A DNA stretch of 64,000 nucleotides, from contig CDRNST010000230.1 in the NCBI GenBank assembly GCA_977016875.1, positions 372,001-436,000 on the forward strand, read 5' to 3'. The notes beneath the pieces are model-generated. The model did no database searches. It was not told where the DNA came from and was given only the letters and a program-made list of their open reading frames with translations. Both the position numbers and the translations under genes were made by a program. Positions 37,701-50,345 of the stretch are shown piece after piece (position 1 is the stretch's first letter; every line of letters starts with the position of its first letter). This DNA is from Pavona decussata. Taxonomy: Eukaryota.

Positions 37701-40700
37701 ACATATTTTCTTTCTGAAAACGGTGAATTCTTGTCAGTGTTTCACTGTTTGCAACGAATTTTGTAACCGGTTGTAGAACACTGTTTTGGTATCCACATTC
37801 TCTTTTCTCCACTTTTGCTTTCATGTTAGACATACATGTAAGTACCTGTGAATCAAGATCAGCGACTTCCAGACTCAGTTTGCTGAGGTGCTTGTTGACG
37901 AAACCTTGCAGGGACTGTAAAAAAAAACAACAACAACAAAAACAAAAAGAAACCAGGCACGAATGATATGGAAATTGCCACAAAAACAATAATAAAACGA
38001 AACAAAGTAAGCTGTACCGAACAAAAACAGCATACTTTAATATGTACTTTAACAGCGTCAAACCAAACCAAAGTAATTACTTTGACCAATCATAACAGAC
38101 GCAAACAGTTAAATAGAACAAAGACCCTCGCAGTTATTTACGCAACTTAAACAGTTGCTTGATAGCTCAGTTGGTAGAGCATTGCACCCGTTCAGCTTTC
38201 TTTTAGCAACTGCTTAAAGGGGAAGTATCATAGGTTTTTTGATATCTTTTGTTAAAAATGATCAAATAAGACCTCCAATCAGCTGCCAAATAATTCTTGA
38301 ATGACGAGAGGAAAGAAATCAACTCAATTCTTGAAGGGAACAACTCGTTATCTGGTCTAGCGCATTTTGGAAACAAAAACGCGAGAACTTGAAAAACATT
38401 AGCCTAACATTTTTCAAGTTTCAGTCCATTCCGACTAACTCTGTGTCTGGCCAGAGGCACTCATCAACAGTTTTATTGCACTGGGGTGATAATTTATAAC
38501 AAACTTGACAATTATTTTCGTTGTTTCTGCTGACAAACAAAGATTTTTGGGTTTTGAAACGACAGGAAATTTGCGTGATACTTCCCCTTTAAGTTACATA
38601 AAGTTCTTCTTAGGAATAATAAAGCGAGCTAGCCACGCAAGAACGCATGAGTGGTTTGCTCGCTTTAGTACGGTTAAGAAAAATAAATAACTGCTCATAG
38701 TCCACAATGGTTGTGGATTCAAAACACCTTGTAAGCTTAATTTTTTCCAGCTAGAATTCTGTGATGCATGCACGAAATGATATACATGGTGTCGTTACCT
38801 TTTTCACAACATTCAGCTTTTCAGGAGCGTTATCAAAAAGTGCGTCAAAAGCATCTCTTTCTAAAACAAAAACAAAAATAAAAAAACTGTTAAGAAACTT
38901 GTCAAAAGCTGATTTTTGTATCATGAAGACTGCAACCAATAAGGTACAACTCCCAGCCTTTGGTTAATCTATTTCAGTTGATTTGTTTATAGGGTGGGAT
39001 GGGGGGTTGCGGAGTGGTGGGGTACAATATTATAATTATTTATCGGTTCTTTGATGAGAAGCCTACCAGACCATAATTACCTTCTCCAGCTTTTGTTTCA
39101 GTAACCAGAAAAAACACTTATGTCCAGAAATGTACCTGACCCTTAATTTGGGTACTTTTTATACATGTAAAACAGACCTTTTTTGCATTTTCATATGACT
39201 TCATAGACCTTTTTCATAAATGGCGGCCGATTTATTATTCTTTTCAATATATGTTAATTAGCCCTACTAACCTCGTTTTAGAGTAAAAATTCTTCTGAAT
39301 TTTGCACTTGCTGACGAGGCTAGTAAGGCTAATTTTCATGAAAACAAAAGAATAATTTATCGGCCGCCATTTATGAAAAAGGTCTATGTTTGACAGAATT
39401 ATTTGTGTTCAAGTAAGAATTAAGGTTAGGGGACACCTTGTGATGTCAATCATACAGTTCATGAATCTCATTAGCATGCATTTCTAGACACATCACGCTA
39501 TTTGAAGAGAAACTGTCATAATATAGACCTTACACACAAATGTCGTTTTCATTATCCTGGTGTAGCGCTGATTAAAAAAAAATCCATCTTTTACATTCTA
39601 ATTAGTTGTATTTTCGTCTCTTTCAAGTCAACCGTCTTATACGTATGGAAAAAGGAATTAGTTTCTAAAGACCCTGTGGTGCTGTATTGGTGGGGAGTGG
39701 AAACAAATGTTTGGTTTAATCAACAGAGTTGATAACTGAAGGTAATTTGGCCACCATAGCACTTGAATCTCCTTACGGTGGCAAAATTACCTTAAGTTAC
39801 CAACTCTGTTGATAAAACCAATTATTTGATTCCTCTTACACATAAACTACAGTATTTTTTTTTTTAGCCTAACTATGATTAATATGACTATGTAATATAT
39901 TTTAAGATTTTACTGTAGCTCTGCCATTGATTTTGGTCCCATGTAACTATGAAAATACTTTGTTCTAATTACTTAGCAGAAGGAGCCATTCCTTATAAGC
40001 CCGGTGGCTTCTCTTCCTCACAATTAGAGTTTAAATAATTTTTTTTTTTTTTTTTTTGTATTTGTACAACTTATGGCAAAAACAATCAACTGAAACTGGA
40101 ACTGAAACATGCACACAACAAGGACTGGATCCACTTGCCTGATTGGGGTGGAGGGGGGGAGGGGGGAGAGGGGCTCCAATATGAAGTATACACAATAGGT
40201 AAGCAGTGATAGACTGCCTTGAGGCCGCACAAGTGCCAGCTACAAACACACATACTGCGCATTATTAAATGTTAATAGTTATTTTTAAGAAGGAGGCTGT
40301 TTCCAAGGACCCCTGTATTGTATAGCAAGTATTATGAAACTTATTTGAGACTTAATGCATTTAATACTTTTGTTCAAATAATTCAGATTCCTCTTCAAGC
40401 TTTGACAAACTTAGTGTGAAGACCCATGGATAGATGCATTCAATTTTTCTTATTGTTGTATTGTTCTCTGTAAATTAATTTTATTTAACTACTGACAGGC
40501 AATCACCACTAGTTAACAAACATACATGCAACCTAAATTTATGAGTAACAATAATATTGTAAAATTCCTAGTGAGGATAAAAAATAATAAGTAATAGAGA
40601 ATGTGCAGTTCCAGAAAAAATCCATACTCACCCCAAGGAAGGTCATTGGAAATTGCTAGGGGGAGGGGGGTCTTAAAAGTCAAAATTTTAGAAGTAATAT

Positions 40701-43700
40701 ATGAAGCTAAACTGGAATTTCCTGGGGGGAGGGAGGGTGCAACACAAAAAACCTTCCGTGGGGGGAGTATGGATATTTTCTGGAACTGCACAATGTCAAC
40801 GCCAATATAAAATTTGTAATAGTATTATATTATTATTACCAGGCTTTCCATTGTCATCACTGAAAGAAAATCAATAATAAGAGTTGAATGTTAGTTAAGA
40901 ATTTCTAGGATAATGATTCTGGTACTTACAGAGAATTTTTTTTTTTTCAGGCATAATCAAAAAAAGGAAGTCTGACTTCTTTCAATGAGAAAGTCACTGT
41001 TTAAAAAGAGAAGAGCTTAAAGGAGCAGTGTCACCAGATTTGAGTGTGCCTTTGAATAGCGTAAAAACATATTTGTATCGATGGAAATGTTAAAATAATG
41101 GTTCAGTATTGTTAACAATTGCTCTATGAGTATACATCAGCTAGTATTTGTTATCTTTTGCTGCGGATGGCTTGGATGGAAATGGATTACAACTTAAAAA
41201 AAATTGGCCAATTTTTTCAAGTTCTTCCTGTGTATTTTGGCGAAATTGCTAAAAACAGGTTTATAGTTTGTTCTTCATTGAAGAAATCAGTAAATTGATA
41301 TTTTCCTCTCAGTGCTCTATGAACAATTTCATGTTAGAGAAAAAGTTCTACCTTCAATATTTGAGTAGTTTTGGTCAAAATACAGCAAAAATCTCCGTGA
41401 CAGTGCACCTTTAACAAGAATTAGACTCTACCTAGTAACGAACACTACCTCTTCTGGCTAAACCTTTGAGTAATAACGATGTATGTATACGTTGCGATTC
41501 AAAATGTTTTTGGTTTAAACAAGTTTAATTTTTTATTTCCCTTTGTCCCAGACTATGGTAATGAAAAATAAAAATTAAACTTGTTTGAAAAATACTAAAC
41601 CAAGAAATAAATAATCCACAACATACACGTGTACATCCCAATTAACGACTAAGTACAGTGTTCCTAAATGTGCTGCTCAGTCTACTGTTTTCTTACCCTT
41701 GGGTCATTCTCCACTATCCAACACATGTACATACATGACTAGTTTAGTGCTGGTTGCTACGGCTACATTTATATGATTGGCATTCAAACAGTTGAAAGTC
41801 TGACGCGCTAACCACTATGTACAACACCTTGCCTCCACCAAAAACTAAAAACATAATTACAATAAAAAATATATATATATACATTCAAGTACTCACTCTT
41901 CCCCCTCTGATGCTGCTGTAATCTCCTCAACAAGTTTCTGCGGAAGTAGGATTCCTCCTTTCTTCTGTACCACGACAATGTTAATTCTGACGCCACCAGG
42001 CAGCTTTCGTGGACACTCAAAATGATGTGCTAGTGCAACAAGCAGGTGTAGAATGGCTACAATATCCTTGTCATGAATTCCTAGAAAAACAAAGCATATG
42101 CTGTACAATGTAGATGTGCCTGGCGCTGACCTCTGACATGATTAACCACCCCTCCATTTTTTCTAACTTTTTCCTCTTTCAGGAAAGAAACTTAATGTAC
42201 AGTGCTGAGATCTGCAAATTAAGCTACGTGTATATGAAAAGGGAGATGTATTTTAAGGTTTTTATTTTCTCATTTTAAACACTTTTCATTCTTTTCTGTT
42301 ACTTCGTTAATGATTTAGCTGGAATTATTTATACAATGCCCCGGATAAAACCTTTTAATAGGTGTATTACAGTTGGTGTAGGGGTTCGCAGTTGACGTTT
42401 TACTAAAATACAGCATTTCCCATGGGAGTGGAAGGGTTAAAAAATGCACCTGCACATGCTAAAATAGGTGGCACAGCACCTTTAAATAGCAATTTGTTGC
42501 CCTTGGATATGGTAAAACAAGTTACGACTGACTTTCTTGCACCTCTACAAAAATGAATGGTTCACTTTCTCGAACTCCACCAACTCAAACAACCATTTGT
42601 TTTCCAAGAGTGTTTGAGGTAGTGGGAATTCTTCTCTTGTAATGGTATACATGCAAATGACCTAATTAACTCACTGTTCGCTGTCCATTTTGCCCTATGA
42701 TCAGGAATTCCTAAGAGTTTATTCACGTGCCCTAATAAAACAGACAACTTGGCTTTCTGTAAAATAAAATCAGAATAATGGCTTTAATTAATAATATGCC
42801 ACAGGTCAGCTACCGGCATTCTACAAAGTAGCAGAGCTGTGCAAGCTAATCCAGGATCTAGGTTTGTTTTGCTTGACTCGGTCTCTACAGTTTTGGCAAA
42901 TTTATATTACATGGCTGTATATTTTAAATGACATTATACTGTGGCTGGAGATTAGTCACAGTTTAATGATAATTTAAAATATTTTAGTTCCAGAAAAGAG
43001 ACTCAAGTTTGTATGTGACTGTGTGCTTGAGTTGGCTTCTGTAAACTAATGTCACAAATTATAAAGAAGAATTATGCATGTGTGGAAAAATTAAAAAAAA
43101 TATATAGGATCTCTCATACACTGTAGATTCACTTTCATCTCTTCATTAATACACACTCAGGTTTACTACAAACTCGCAAAATGACCAGATCCCAGAAGGC
43201 AGCACATGGCACTGGGTAAATACAAGGCCAAGGGCAGTGATCGAATCTCAATCAAGCCTGTCAATATTTTCAGCTTCTTCTTTGCAACTGCTTTGGAACT
43301 TTGGGCACATAATTGGCATGGCCTTGTAAGTATATAATTTTTCAACCTCTATTCTAATCTTTAAACATCAATTCAAAATACAAAGACAGTTTTATACAAT
43401 CAATTTTAAAATTAATACAGCCGAAGCTCTCGTAAAAAGACGCCCTCGGGACAAAAATACCACCAAATTAAATTACTTTTTTTGTTTTATTGCCTTATGC
43501 AATGCCGCAATAATAGCGATAACTGTAATTAATGCACTGTAAAATCATTATGATTAACAGCGATGTGAGGTTGATTGACTAAAATACGATTCAGAGGCTA
43601 ATCAATGGGATTTCCTTTCAGGTGTCTGCTTACAGGAGCTTCAAAACAAAGGAAAAGTCTAAATAGCAACCTTTGAAAGTGTCCATGGATGCTTACGGAA

Positions 43701-46700
43701 TGTCCGCTTACGAGACCGTTTAAATACAGAGTTTGTATCGAAGTTAAAACAGGGTTTAGTGAAGGCGGCCGTAAGTAGAGCCATCTGCTTACGACAGTGT
43801 CTGTTAAGAGAGCTTCCACTGTAATTATTACTGTAGTTTGTGGTCATGCACTTTCAAATGCTATGCCAAAACATCTTGCATCGGCGGCAGAGGGGGAGGG
43901 GCAGGGGGTCCTGAAGGCTCAGCCCCCCACGTTTCGGTCCCGAAAATATTGGTAACGCGGCAGAAAATTGGTTTGGCAAAATATTCCGGTTAACTAGTGA
44001 TCTTTTTACAAATCGTTTCACAATGGTTGTGCTTGGCAAAATATTATTTTCTAGGACTCTTTGAACAGCTCCATCCCGATTTCGAGAAGCCAATCAACTA
44101 CTGTCTTTTTTCCATTTAACTCTGAGACAGCCAGTTTCCCGCCATACTTGACGATGGAGCTCCTCCTCATCGCTTTAAATGTCCAAAGGATTACTATCGA
44201 GTGCAATACTACGAAGCTCGCGACAAAATTAAAACGGAATTAGAAAGCCGGTTCAACCAAGCCAAGTTAAAGCCAGTTTCTAACTTAGAGAAACTTCTTG
44301 AGGGCGCAGCAAACAGCAACGACTTCACCGAACATTTGGAAGAGCTGAAAAGGTCTTTCTTTGGAACTGATATAGCCGATTGTGGCCGGCTTGGGCACCA
44401 GCTTTACTTCATGCATGACGCAGTGAAAACTACGCTTCCCGAAGTACGTCAGGTTACAAATATAAGAACCATTTGCGAAGCCTTCAACAAAACTCCTGTC
44501 ACCAAAACGTTACTAGGAGAGGTCCACAAACTGCTACGATTGTATTTGACTTTCGAGCGCACGTTTTCTTCCCTACGTCGCCTAAAAACCTACCTTAGAA
44601 GCACCATGAATCAGACTCGTCTAAACAACTGCCTCCTCTTGCATTGTCAATTAAGTCTATTACGGACACATTGGACAATGTAGTCATTGCAAAGAAGTTT
44701 GTTCGTGCAAACGAACAACGCAAAAGACATTTTAGAAAATACGAGTAGACTAGAGGTATGTGCTTAACTTTGTGTACGATGAGCCCCCCCATGTTTCAAA
44801 ATGCTCTGCCGCCTCTGTCTTGCCAATTGCTTTGTGAATTGTTTGGTAACAGATTACATAATTATGCATTTACACCCTTACTAAAAGCTGGGTAAAAGAT
44901 GTTTTTTCTTTACCTCCAAACAAACAAAAAGTACCTGAGTGAAAACTATCAGAAAAAATATCTTTCTTTATACATGTACCTGGCTCTCTACTGACTGGGT
45001 AACTTCTTCAAACTCAGCAAGCTTGATTTCAGCCAGTTTTTCTGAAGGTAAAATTGCATTACATGTATTAGATACATGCAATCAAAGACGTCAGTACAAC
45101 ACAATTTGTACATTGTATAACATAAAAATTTTATTTTACGAGTTTTGTAAGACAACCTCCTGTCCCCCTGGTATCCTCACCGACCAACCAAATGTCTGAT
45201 TAACTGATTGACTGGTTGGATAGATAAATGGATGGCTGGCTGGGTGTCTCACCATGAATGACTGTCACTCAACAGACAGACAGTCTCATTGACTGGCTGA
45301 CCGACTAACTGACCGACTGACTGACTGACTGACTGACTGACTGACTGACTGACCAACAGACCGACTGACTAATTTACTGTGGTGAGTGACTGACCTGCAG
45401 ACCGACTGACTGACTGACCAACTGACCGACCGAATGACTGACTGACCAACTGACCGAAAGACTGACTGACTGACCAACTGACTGACCGAACGACTGACTG
45501 ACTGACAGACCGACTGGTTGATCGACTGACCGACCCACCAACCAACCGACTGACTGATTGGTTGGTAGGTTGAGTGGTCACCACCAACTGGGTGGCTGAC
45601 TTTCTGGCTACCAGTGACTGTATTTGGCTGGTTGGTTGGCTGACTGCCCCAGAACAAACAACAATGTACAAAGTAATAGACTAGCTGCCTGACTGCCCTG
45701 CAGTGACTAGCTGGCTGGTTACTCTGCCTAGTTGCTGGCTTCATGTTTTGCTGAATTACTTGATTGGTTGGTTGATCAAAATAATAATAAAAAAATCAGA
45801 GATTTTACATACCCATTAGAATGGCAAGAATTTGACCATCATACAAGTCCTCCGTTATGTCTCTAAGAACAATTCGTAGATCTGACAACTCGTCATTTAT
45901 CCAATCCAAGAGAACCTAAACAAATAAACCAAAAATATGGCAACAAAACAACACACTCTGGGGCCCCTGGTTGTACTCAGGATTATTATTGATGGGATGA
46001 AAACTGCAGTCAGTTTGTTAAATGTTAACTATGCTGTAATTTACCTCTTGCAATTCTTTAACTTTTGGGTTTTCCAACGACATAGGTTCCACCATAGAAC
46101 GTTCTTCATTTTCATCTGTCAAAAGCAATAAAAAATTAATAAAGAAACATCGCATTGAGGCCCATACTATTAAGTCCAAATGTTTACTTCTTTTGTGTAC
46201 TTTTAGTTAATAAAAACTTTGCGATTGTTTTCTTCAGGTTACAAAAATATACAGATGAATGGGTATCAATAAGATTTTGAGCATTACTGAGGGGCATTGG
46301 TTTCAACAGGCAGGCAAGAGTACATGTACTGTACATGTACATATACATGTAGATTTCCATGTTTCATTTCTTCATACTGTACGACTTGAAAACATCTTAG
46401 AGCAAACTGGTGTACAAATTTTATTGCCATTTGACTCAGTGCGTATTGATGAAAATGCTGTAGTGTTTGTAAAAGACAACAATGTTGATCCACAGGTATA
46501 GTGCATTAAAGAACCACCAAGGGTGTAAGGAATCCTGGCTGTGACCTGACCCTCAGTGCTAGCATCTGGTTGGTTGGGAGTGATGTGATTCTCTGAAAGG
46601 CTTCTGACAGAATGACACGGGTCACAACTCTGTACATTTGTATAACAGCTAGAATTCAATGGGATTTGCCGAGTACTGGGAAAACGTTCAACATAGCAGA

Positions 46701-47802
46701 GTGACATTTGGACCACCGGTATGCCTGAGTTCCAAAGTATTTTCTTTTCTCACAGGGGAAATGGGAGGGTGGGAGCTTATTAGAAATATGACCTCCAAAG
46801 AAGGGGCTTATTAGAAAGAGGGGAGTTTATATCAGCTGTAACTATAATAAAAATTTATGATTATCTTTAAAAAAGAAGAAAATAGGATTTCTCTCTTACC
46901 TAAGTCAAATGTATCTGGTGTTACTGTGATAGGTGTTGTGGGAGATTCAATAGCAAGTCGGCCTTCAGTCTCTAGTTCATTCACTAAAGAATCATTAACA
47001 AACAGTCACAAGTTAATTAATGTGAGTACCGGTATTAAAAAGCAGAGATTGATGTTTCCAACTAAAGCATTTCACAATAGACTTTGCCAGCGCTCAGTTG
47101 GCATTTTAACAGCAGACTGCAGCTGTTTTTAAGCCATCAACGTTAGAAAGCAGAATGTCGATAAAAATAAAAATATCCTACGGGAAGTGTTTAAAAACAA
47201 CACTGAAGCATTGGCGCATTGTACAGTACACGTACGTGTCGGCTCAACGTCTCCCCAAATCCCGGGCCAAATGTGGCCTAATTCGCCATCAAATCTCCAA
47301 ATTTAATTAGAACACTGTAAGGGGAATGTGAACTTCGGGGCGAACGATGGATCAACGGAGGGAGTGGAGAGTCAGGAAGGGGTGTGTAAAATGATGGAAT
47401 TTACTTTGGAATTCGAAGGACTGAACACTGATACTCAAATTCGAAGTACAAGTTCTGATGATAACTAATAAATTTAATTTATGAGCTGAGGTTCATGCAA
47501 TTGTCACACCAAAACATTTCCAAACTGAATCTTGCAACTAACCAAATCGAGCATATATAACCAGTTAACATCAAACACAATATTTTTTTCTCTCCAATCA
47601 CGTCTGCGGGGTCTTTTAAATGATCGTGGCATTCAATCACAACTTACAATGTTTCAGAAGAGAATCACAACACATTACCTTCTGATCCTCTCTTTCTCCT
47701 TGTAAGTGTTCCAACCCAACCAAGTTTACCGGGATCTTTCTTAGAGGCGTCCCGTTTTAATGAGCCATTTGGCGAGCTTGGTGAAGCGGGATTCGTCGCC
47801 AT
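34777..47802 (-). CDS. PARV: Parvin (alpha/beta-parvin homolog, two calponin-homology domains), 13 exons, 369 aa: 47802-47679, 46983-46900, 46115-46045, 45915-45813, 45041-44980, 42756-42675, 42080-41897, 40859-40840, 38860-38799, 37914-37846, 36986-36885, 35867-35798, 34853-34777
   Basis: All exons have GT/AG boundaries with matching phases, summing to 1110 nt. Hallmark peptides VLLDWINDEL..RDITEDLYDGQIL, IHDKDIVAILHLLVALAHHF, ERDAFDALFDNAPEKLNVVKKSL..FVNKHL, FHDGVYLIFLLGLLEGFFVPL, DLKSTLRILYSLFQKYK. Confidence 0.95.
34922..35689. mobile_element. Nested MITE cluster in the last parvin intron
   Basis: Outer arms GGCCATTTCCGAGTTGC..GAAAGCGAGGCT / AGCCTCGCTTTC..CTCGGAAGTGGCC enclose a TAGAACCC...GGGTTCTAC element and a GACCTTTGTC...GACAAAGGTC element. 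Confidence 0.65.
38218..38588. mobile_element. TTAA-flanked MITE (Kolobok-like ends) inserted in a tRNA-SINE remnant
   Basis: TTAA|AGGGGAAGTATCA ... TGATACTTCCCCT|TTAA; A-box TAGCTCAGTTGGTAGAGC immediately upstream. Confidence 0.7.
39203..39387. mobile_element. Palindromic MITE
   Basis: ATAGACCTTTTTCATAAATGGCGGCCG...CGGCCGCCATTTATGAAAAAGGTCTAT. Confidence 0.8.
40602..40792. mobile_element. MITE
   Basis: TGTGCAGTTCCAGAAAA..ATCCATACTC ... GAGTATGGATATTTTCTGGAACTGCACA. Confidence 0.8.
41021..41410. mobile_element. TTAA-flanked MITE (Kolobok-like ends)
   Basis: TTAA|AGGAGCAGTGTCAC ... GTGACAGTGCACCT|TTAA. Confidence 0.7.
43416..43823. mobile_element. Tc1/pogo-like MITE
   Basis: TACAGCCGAAGCTCTCGTAA ... 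TTAAGAGAGCTTCCACTGTA imperfect TIRs with TA ends. Confidence 0.6.
43879..44817 (+). mobile_element. Internally deleted hAT transposon (C-terminal dimerization domain) in parvin intron
   Basis: ORF 44201-44683 has ERTFSSLRRLKTYLRSTMNQTRLN; TIRs CATCGGCGGCAGAG / CTCTGCCGCCTCTG; flanking duplication TCTTG at 43874-43878 and 44818-44822. Confidence 0.85.
45180..45780. repeat. Compound (GACT/GACC/AACC)n tetranucleotide microsatellite
   Basis: Directly visible; source of the spurious SQSV/VSRS ORFs. Confidence 0.9.
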
Positions 47803-47917
47803 GTTTGTTAGTAAGATTGGGCCAATAGCGATACCGGTTAGCGATACCAAATAATCGATACCGTGGTTGGCGCCGCTAGGCAGGGCTCCTAAGCCTCGCG
47901 GAACTTAGAGAGTGTTA

Positions 47918-48302
47918 GACCCCGTGCGTGAAAAGTTGTCTCGGGCAGAAGGGTCACTCGCCTACCCGAGCTACCCTGGGCAAGCCAACTTTTCCTACAT
48001 TTCCTTACAAAACTTGGAGAACCGTTTACATGAGAAACAGAAAGTTGGCTCGGTTGGAAGGGTGACCCGCCTAGCCGGGTCACCCTTTTTCGATGGTGGG
48101 GTCACCCTCCTAGCCGGGCCAACTTTTCTCCATATAAACACTTTGGCTCGCCTAGCCGAGTCAATTCCGTCAAGGCGAGACAATCAGAGCATGCGCGAGC
48201 GCTGTTGGCTCGGGCGAAGGGGTCACGTTCATGTAAACACTCGCTGAAGTTGACTCGGCTGGGAGGGTGATCCTCTTTCCCGGGACAACTTTTCTCGGGG
48301 CC
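47918..48302. mobile_element. MITE just upstream of the parvin start codon
   Basis: GAAAAGTTGTCTCGGGCAGAAGGGTCAC ... GTGATCCTCTTTCCCGGGACAACTTTTC inverted arms with internal GGGTGACCC palindromes. Confidence 0.65.
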
Positions 48303-48475
48303 TAATTTTGTCTCCTTCGCAGCCGTCGTTTGGGCTCGTCACGTCACGTCGTTTAGGGAGGGAGTGTGTTGCGTGATGATCCAAACTGTAGCTGCGAAGG
48401 ACACTAATGGCGCCCTGACGTGACGGGAATGCAACCCTGGTTGATAACCACTTCAAACAGGAATCGCGTTCTTTT

Positions 48476-48652
48476 GGACTCCCGATAACTCGAACCTTCA
48501 ACGGAAATTGAAAAAGGTTCGAGTTATCGGGAGTTCAAGTTATCGAGGGTAAAATTATATAGAAAATGACCTGAAGGGAAAGGGGAAATTGGTTCGAGTT
48601 AGCGCGAGGTTCGAGTTAGTGAGGGTTCGAGTTATCCGGGGAGTCGACTGTA
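48476..48652. mobile_element. Tc1/pogo-like MITE
   Basis: GACTCCCGATAACTCGAAC ... GTTCGAGTTATCCGGGGAGTCGACTGTA with internal GTTCGAGTTA repeats. Confidence 0.65.
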
Positions 48653-50174
48653 TTTCAAATTGGAAAGTTTTGGCGGGAAAATCACGCTCCTCCACAAACG
48701 GCCTTTTGTGCTTTCCAGGGCTTTCTCCGAAATCGTATTTGCGTTTTGTTATACATCCTTCAAGTCGAAATATTGAGAAAATATAGGGACACCCAATGGT
48801 TCATTTCGGTGAATGTCTGTTCGGAAATCCTAAATCGTCTCAGAAATTCGGAAGAAGCTTTAAAGAAAATCTTTACTGGTTTTCTTCGGCAAAATGTCAG
48901 CCGAGTCAAAATTTCCTAACAGGGGGAAACTTATTCCCTTTGTTTTCGGACGGGTAAATATAATATAAATAAAATGCGAAGGTTATGATCAGCTAGCATG
49001 TTCGTAAAGCCAGCAGCAGCATGTGAACTCGGGGAAAAAGACTTCGCTTAATTCGTAAAACTTTCTGCAGTTTAAATTTTAAGGTAAAGAATCTGAACAG
49101 GTCAAACTGTGTTAGCTTACAAGAATACGCCTTTAACAGACAACAAAACGATCTAGGGACACAGGAGGCGTGATTTTAACATTGCTCTTCCCCTTAAAAA
49201 AGAAAACCTCGCTTATGAAGGTAAAATAATTATTGGAGGGGACTTTAACTGTCCTATGAATCGGATGTTGGAAAAACAAGGCGGGATAATAATGACCAGA
49301 AAGAAAATTGGTGCTCTTCTCTCATTGCATGCCCCTGAAAATAGCCCACAAACTTGTAGTTAAGGCCAGTGTAAAGTTACAAGGCGGTCCAAAAGTACCT
49401 CAAAATTGCTCAAAATGGTTACTGAAACTGTTACTCGAAAATCCAGTTGCTGTTTTCAGCCTTTTAATATGGAAAAATAATATATTTTCAGCCTATGTAA
49501 TGGAAGTTGGGCTTTTCCATAATAACCATAATAATAACTAATGACTGTAGCGATGGCTACAGACATATTTTCTCGATCTCGATCATCAGTCGTAACGTCT
49601 TTTATACTTCAAACATGAATTTCTCGCCTGGTTCCCTGAGACATTCAACATAAATCAAGGTAAAGATATATTTTCCAGAAACCACTCTCGCGGCCTTTGT
49701 AACAAGTTGCGTTTGTCTCCTATCAGGAGGCACACAAAAGCGAACGACTCTTCAGGAGTCAAACGAAAATACCTGTCGGGCCGTACCTAGAGTCCTCAGG
49801 CTCTTTGGCCAGTGGTTGTCGCCAGGAGACCAGCCGCTGGCCAAAGAGCCTGAGAACTCTGGGTACGACATTGTGCCACTACGGGAGAGTCATGCAAATC
49901 AAGTTATAATTAATCATCACGTGATATGTTACAATGTCAATCAAGGGCCTATTTTATCAAGGGCCTCACTAACAGCTTTTGTAAGTGACCGCTGTTTTTC
50001 CGCGTTCGTCATTTACCGATATTTGATGATTCTTTTGATATCACTATCGAACAGGGACGTCATCGATGAAGACTCATATTGACGTCATCGTTCAGGGTCA
50101 CAGAGACCCTACATAAATACGACGGAGAGAACAACGAGAACGTCAAAAAACAAATGGTCTAAAACAAACAAAAA

Positions 50175-50345
50175 AATGTTAATGTTAATGTAATTTGCAA
50201 TTTGTTTACCCACGAGGCACCAAAGAGCTCTAGGTGCGTTCCAGGTCGAATTGGAATTTGGAAATGCTGGTCTTTATGGAAGAAGGAAAACCGGAGTACC
50301 CGGAGAAAAACCCTCGGAGCAAGGACGAGAACCAACCACAAACTC
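50175..50345 (-). mobile_element. 5'-truncated SINE with V-domain-like core
   Basis: Reverse complement contains TCCGAGGGTTTTTCTCCGGGTACTCCGGTTTTCC, resembling the conserved central domain of V-type SINEs; simple-repeat tail. Confidence 0.6.

Noticed and set aside
45286-45744. SQSV/VSRS-rich ORFs
   Set aside because: Translation of a tetranucleotide microsatellite in a parvin intron.
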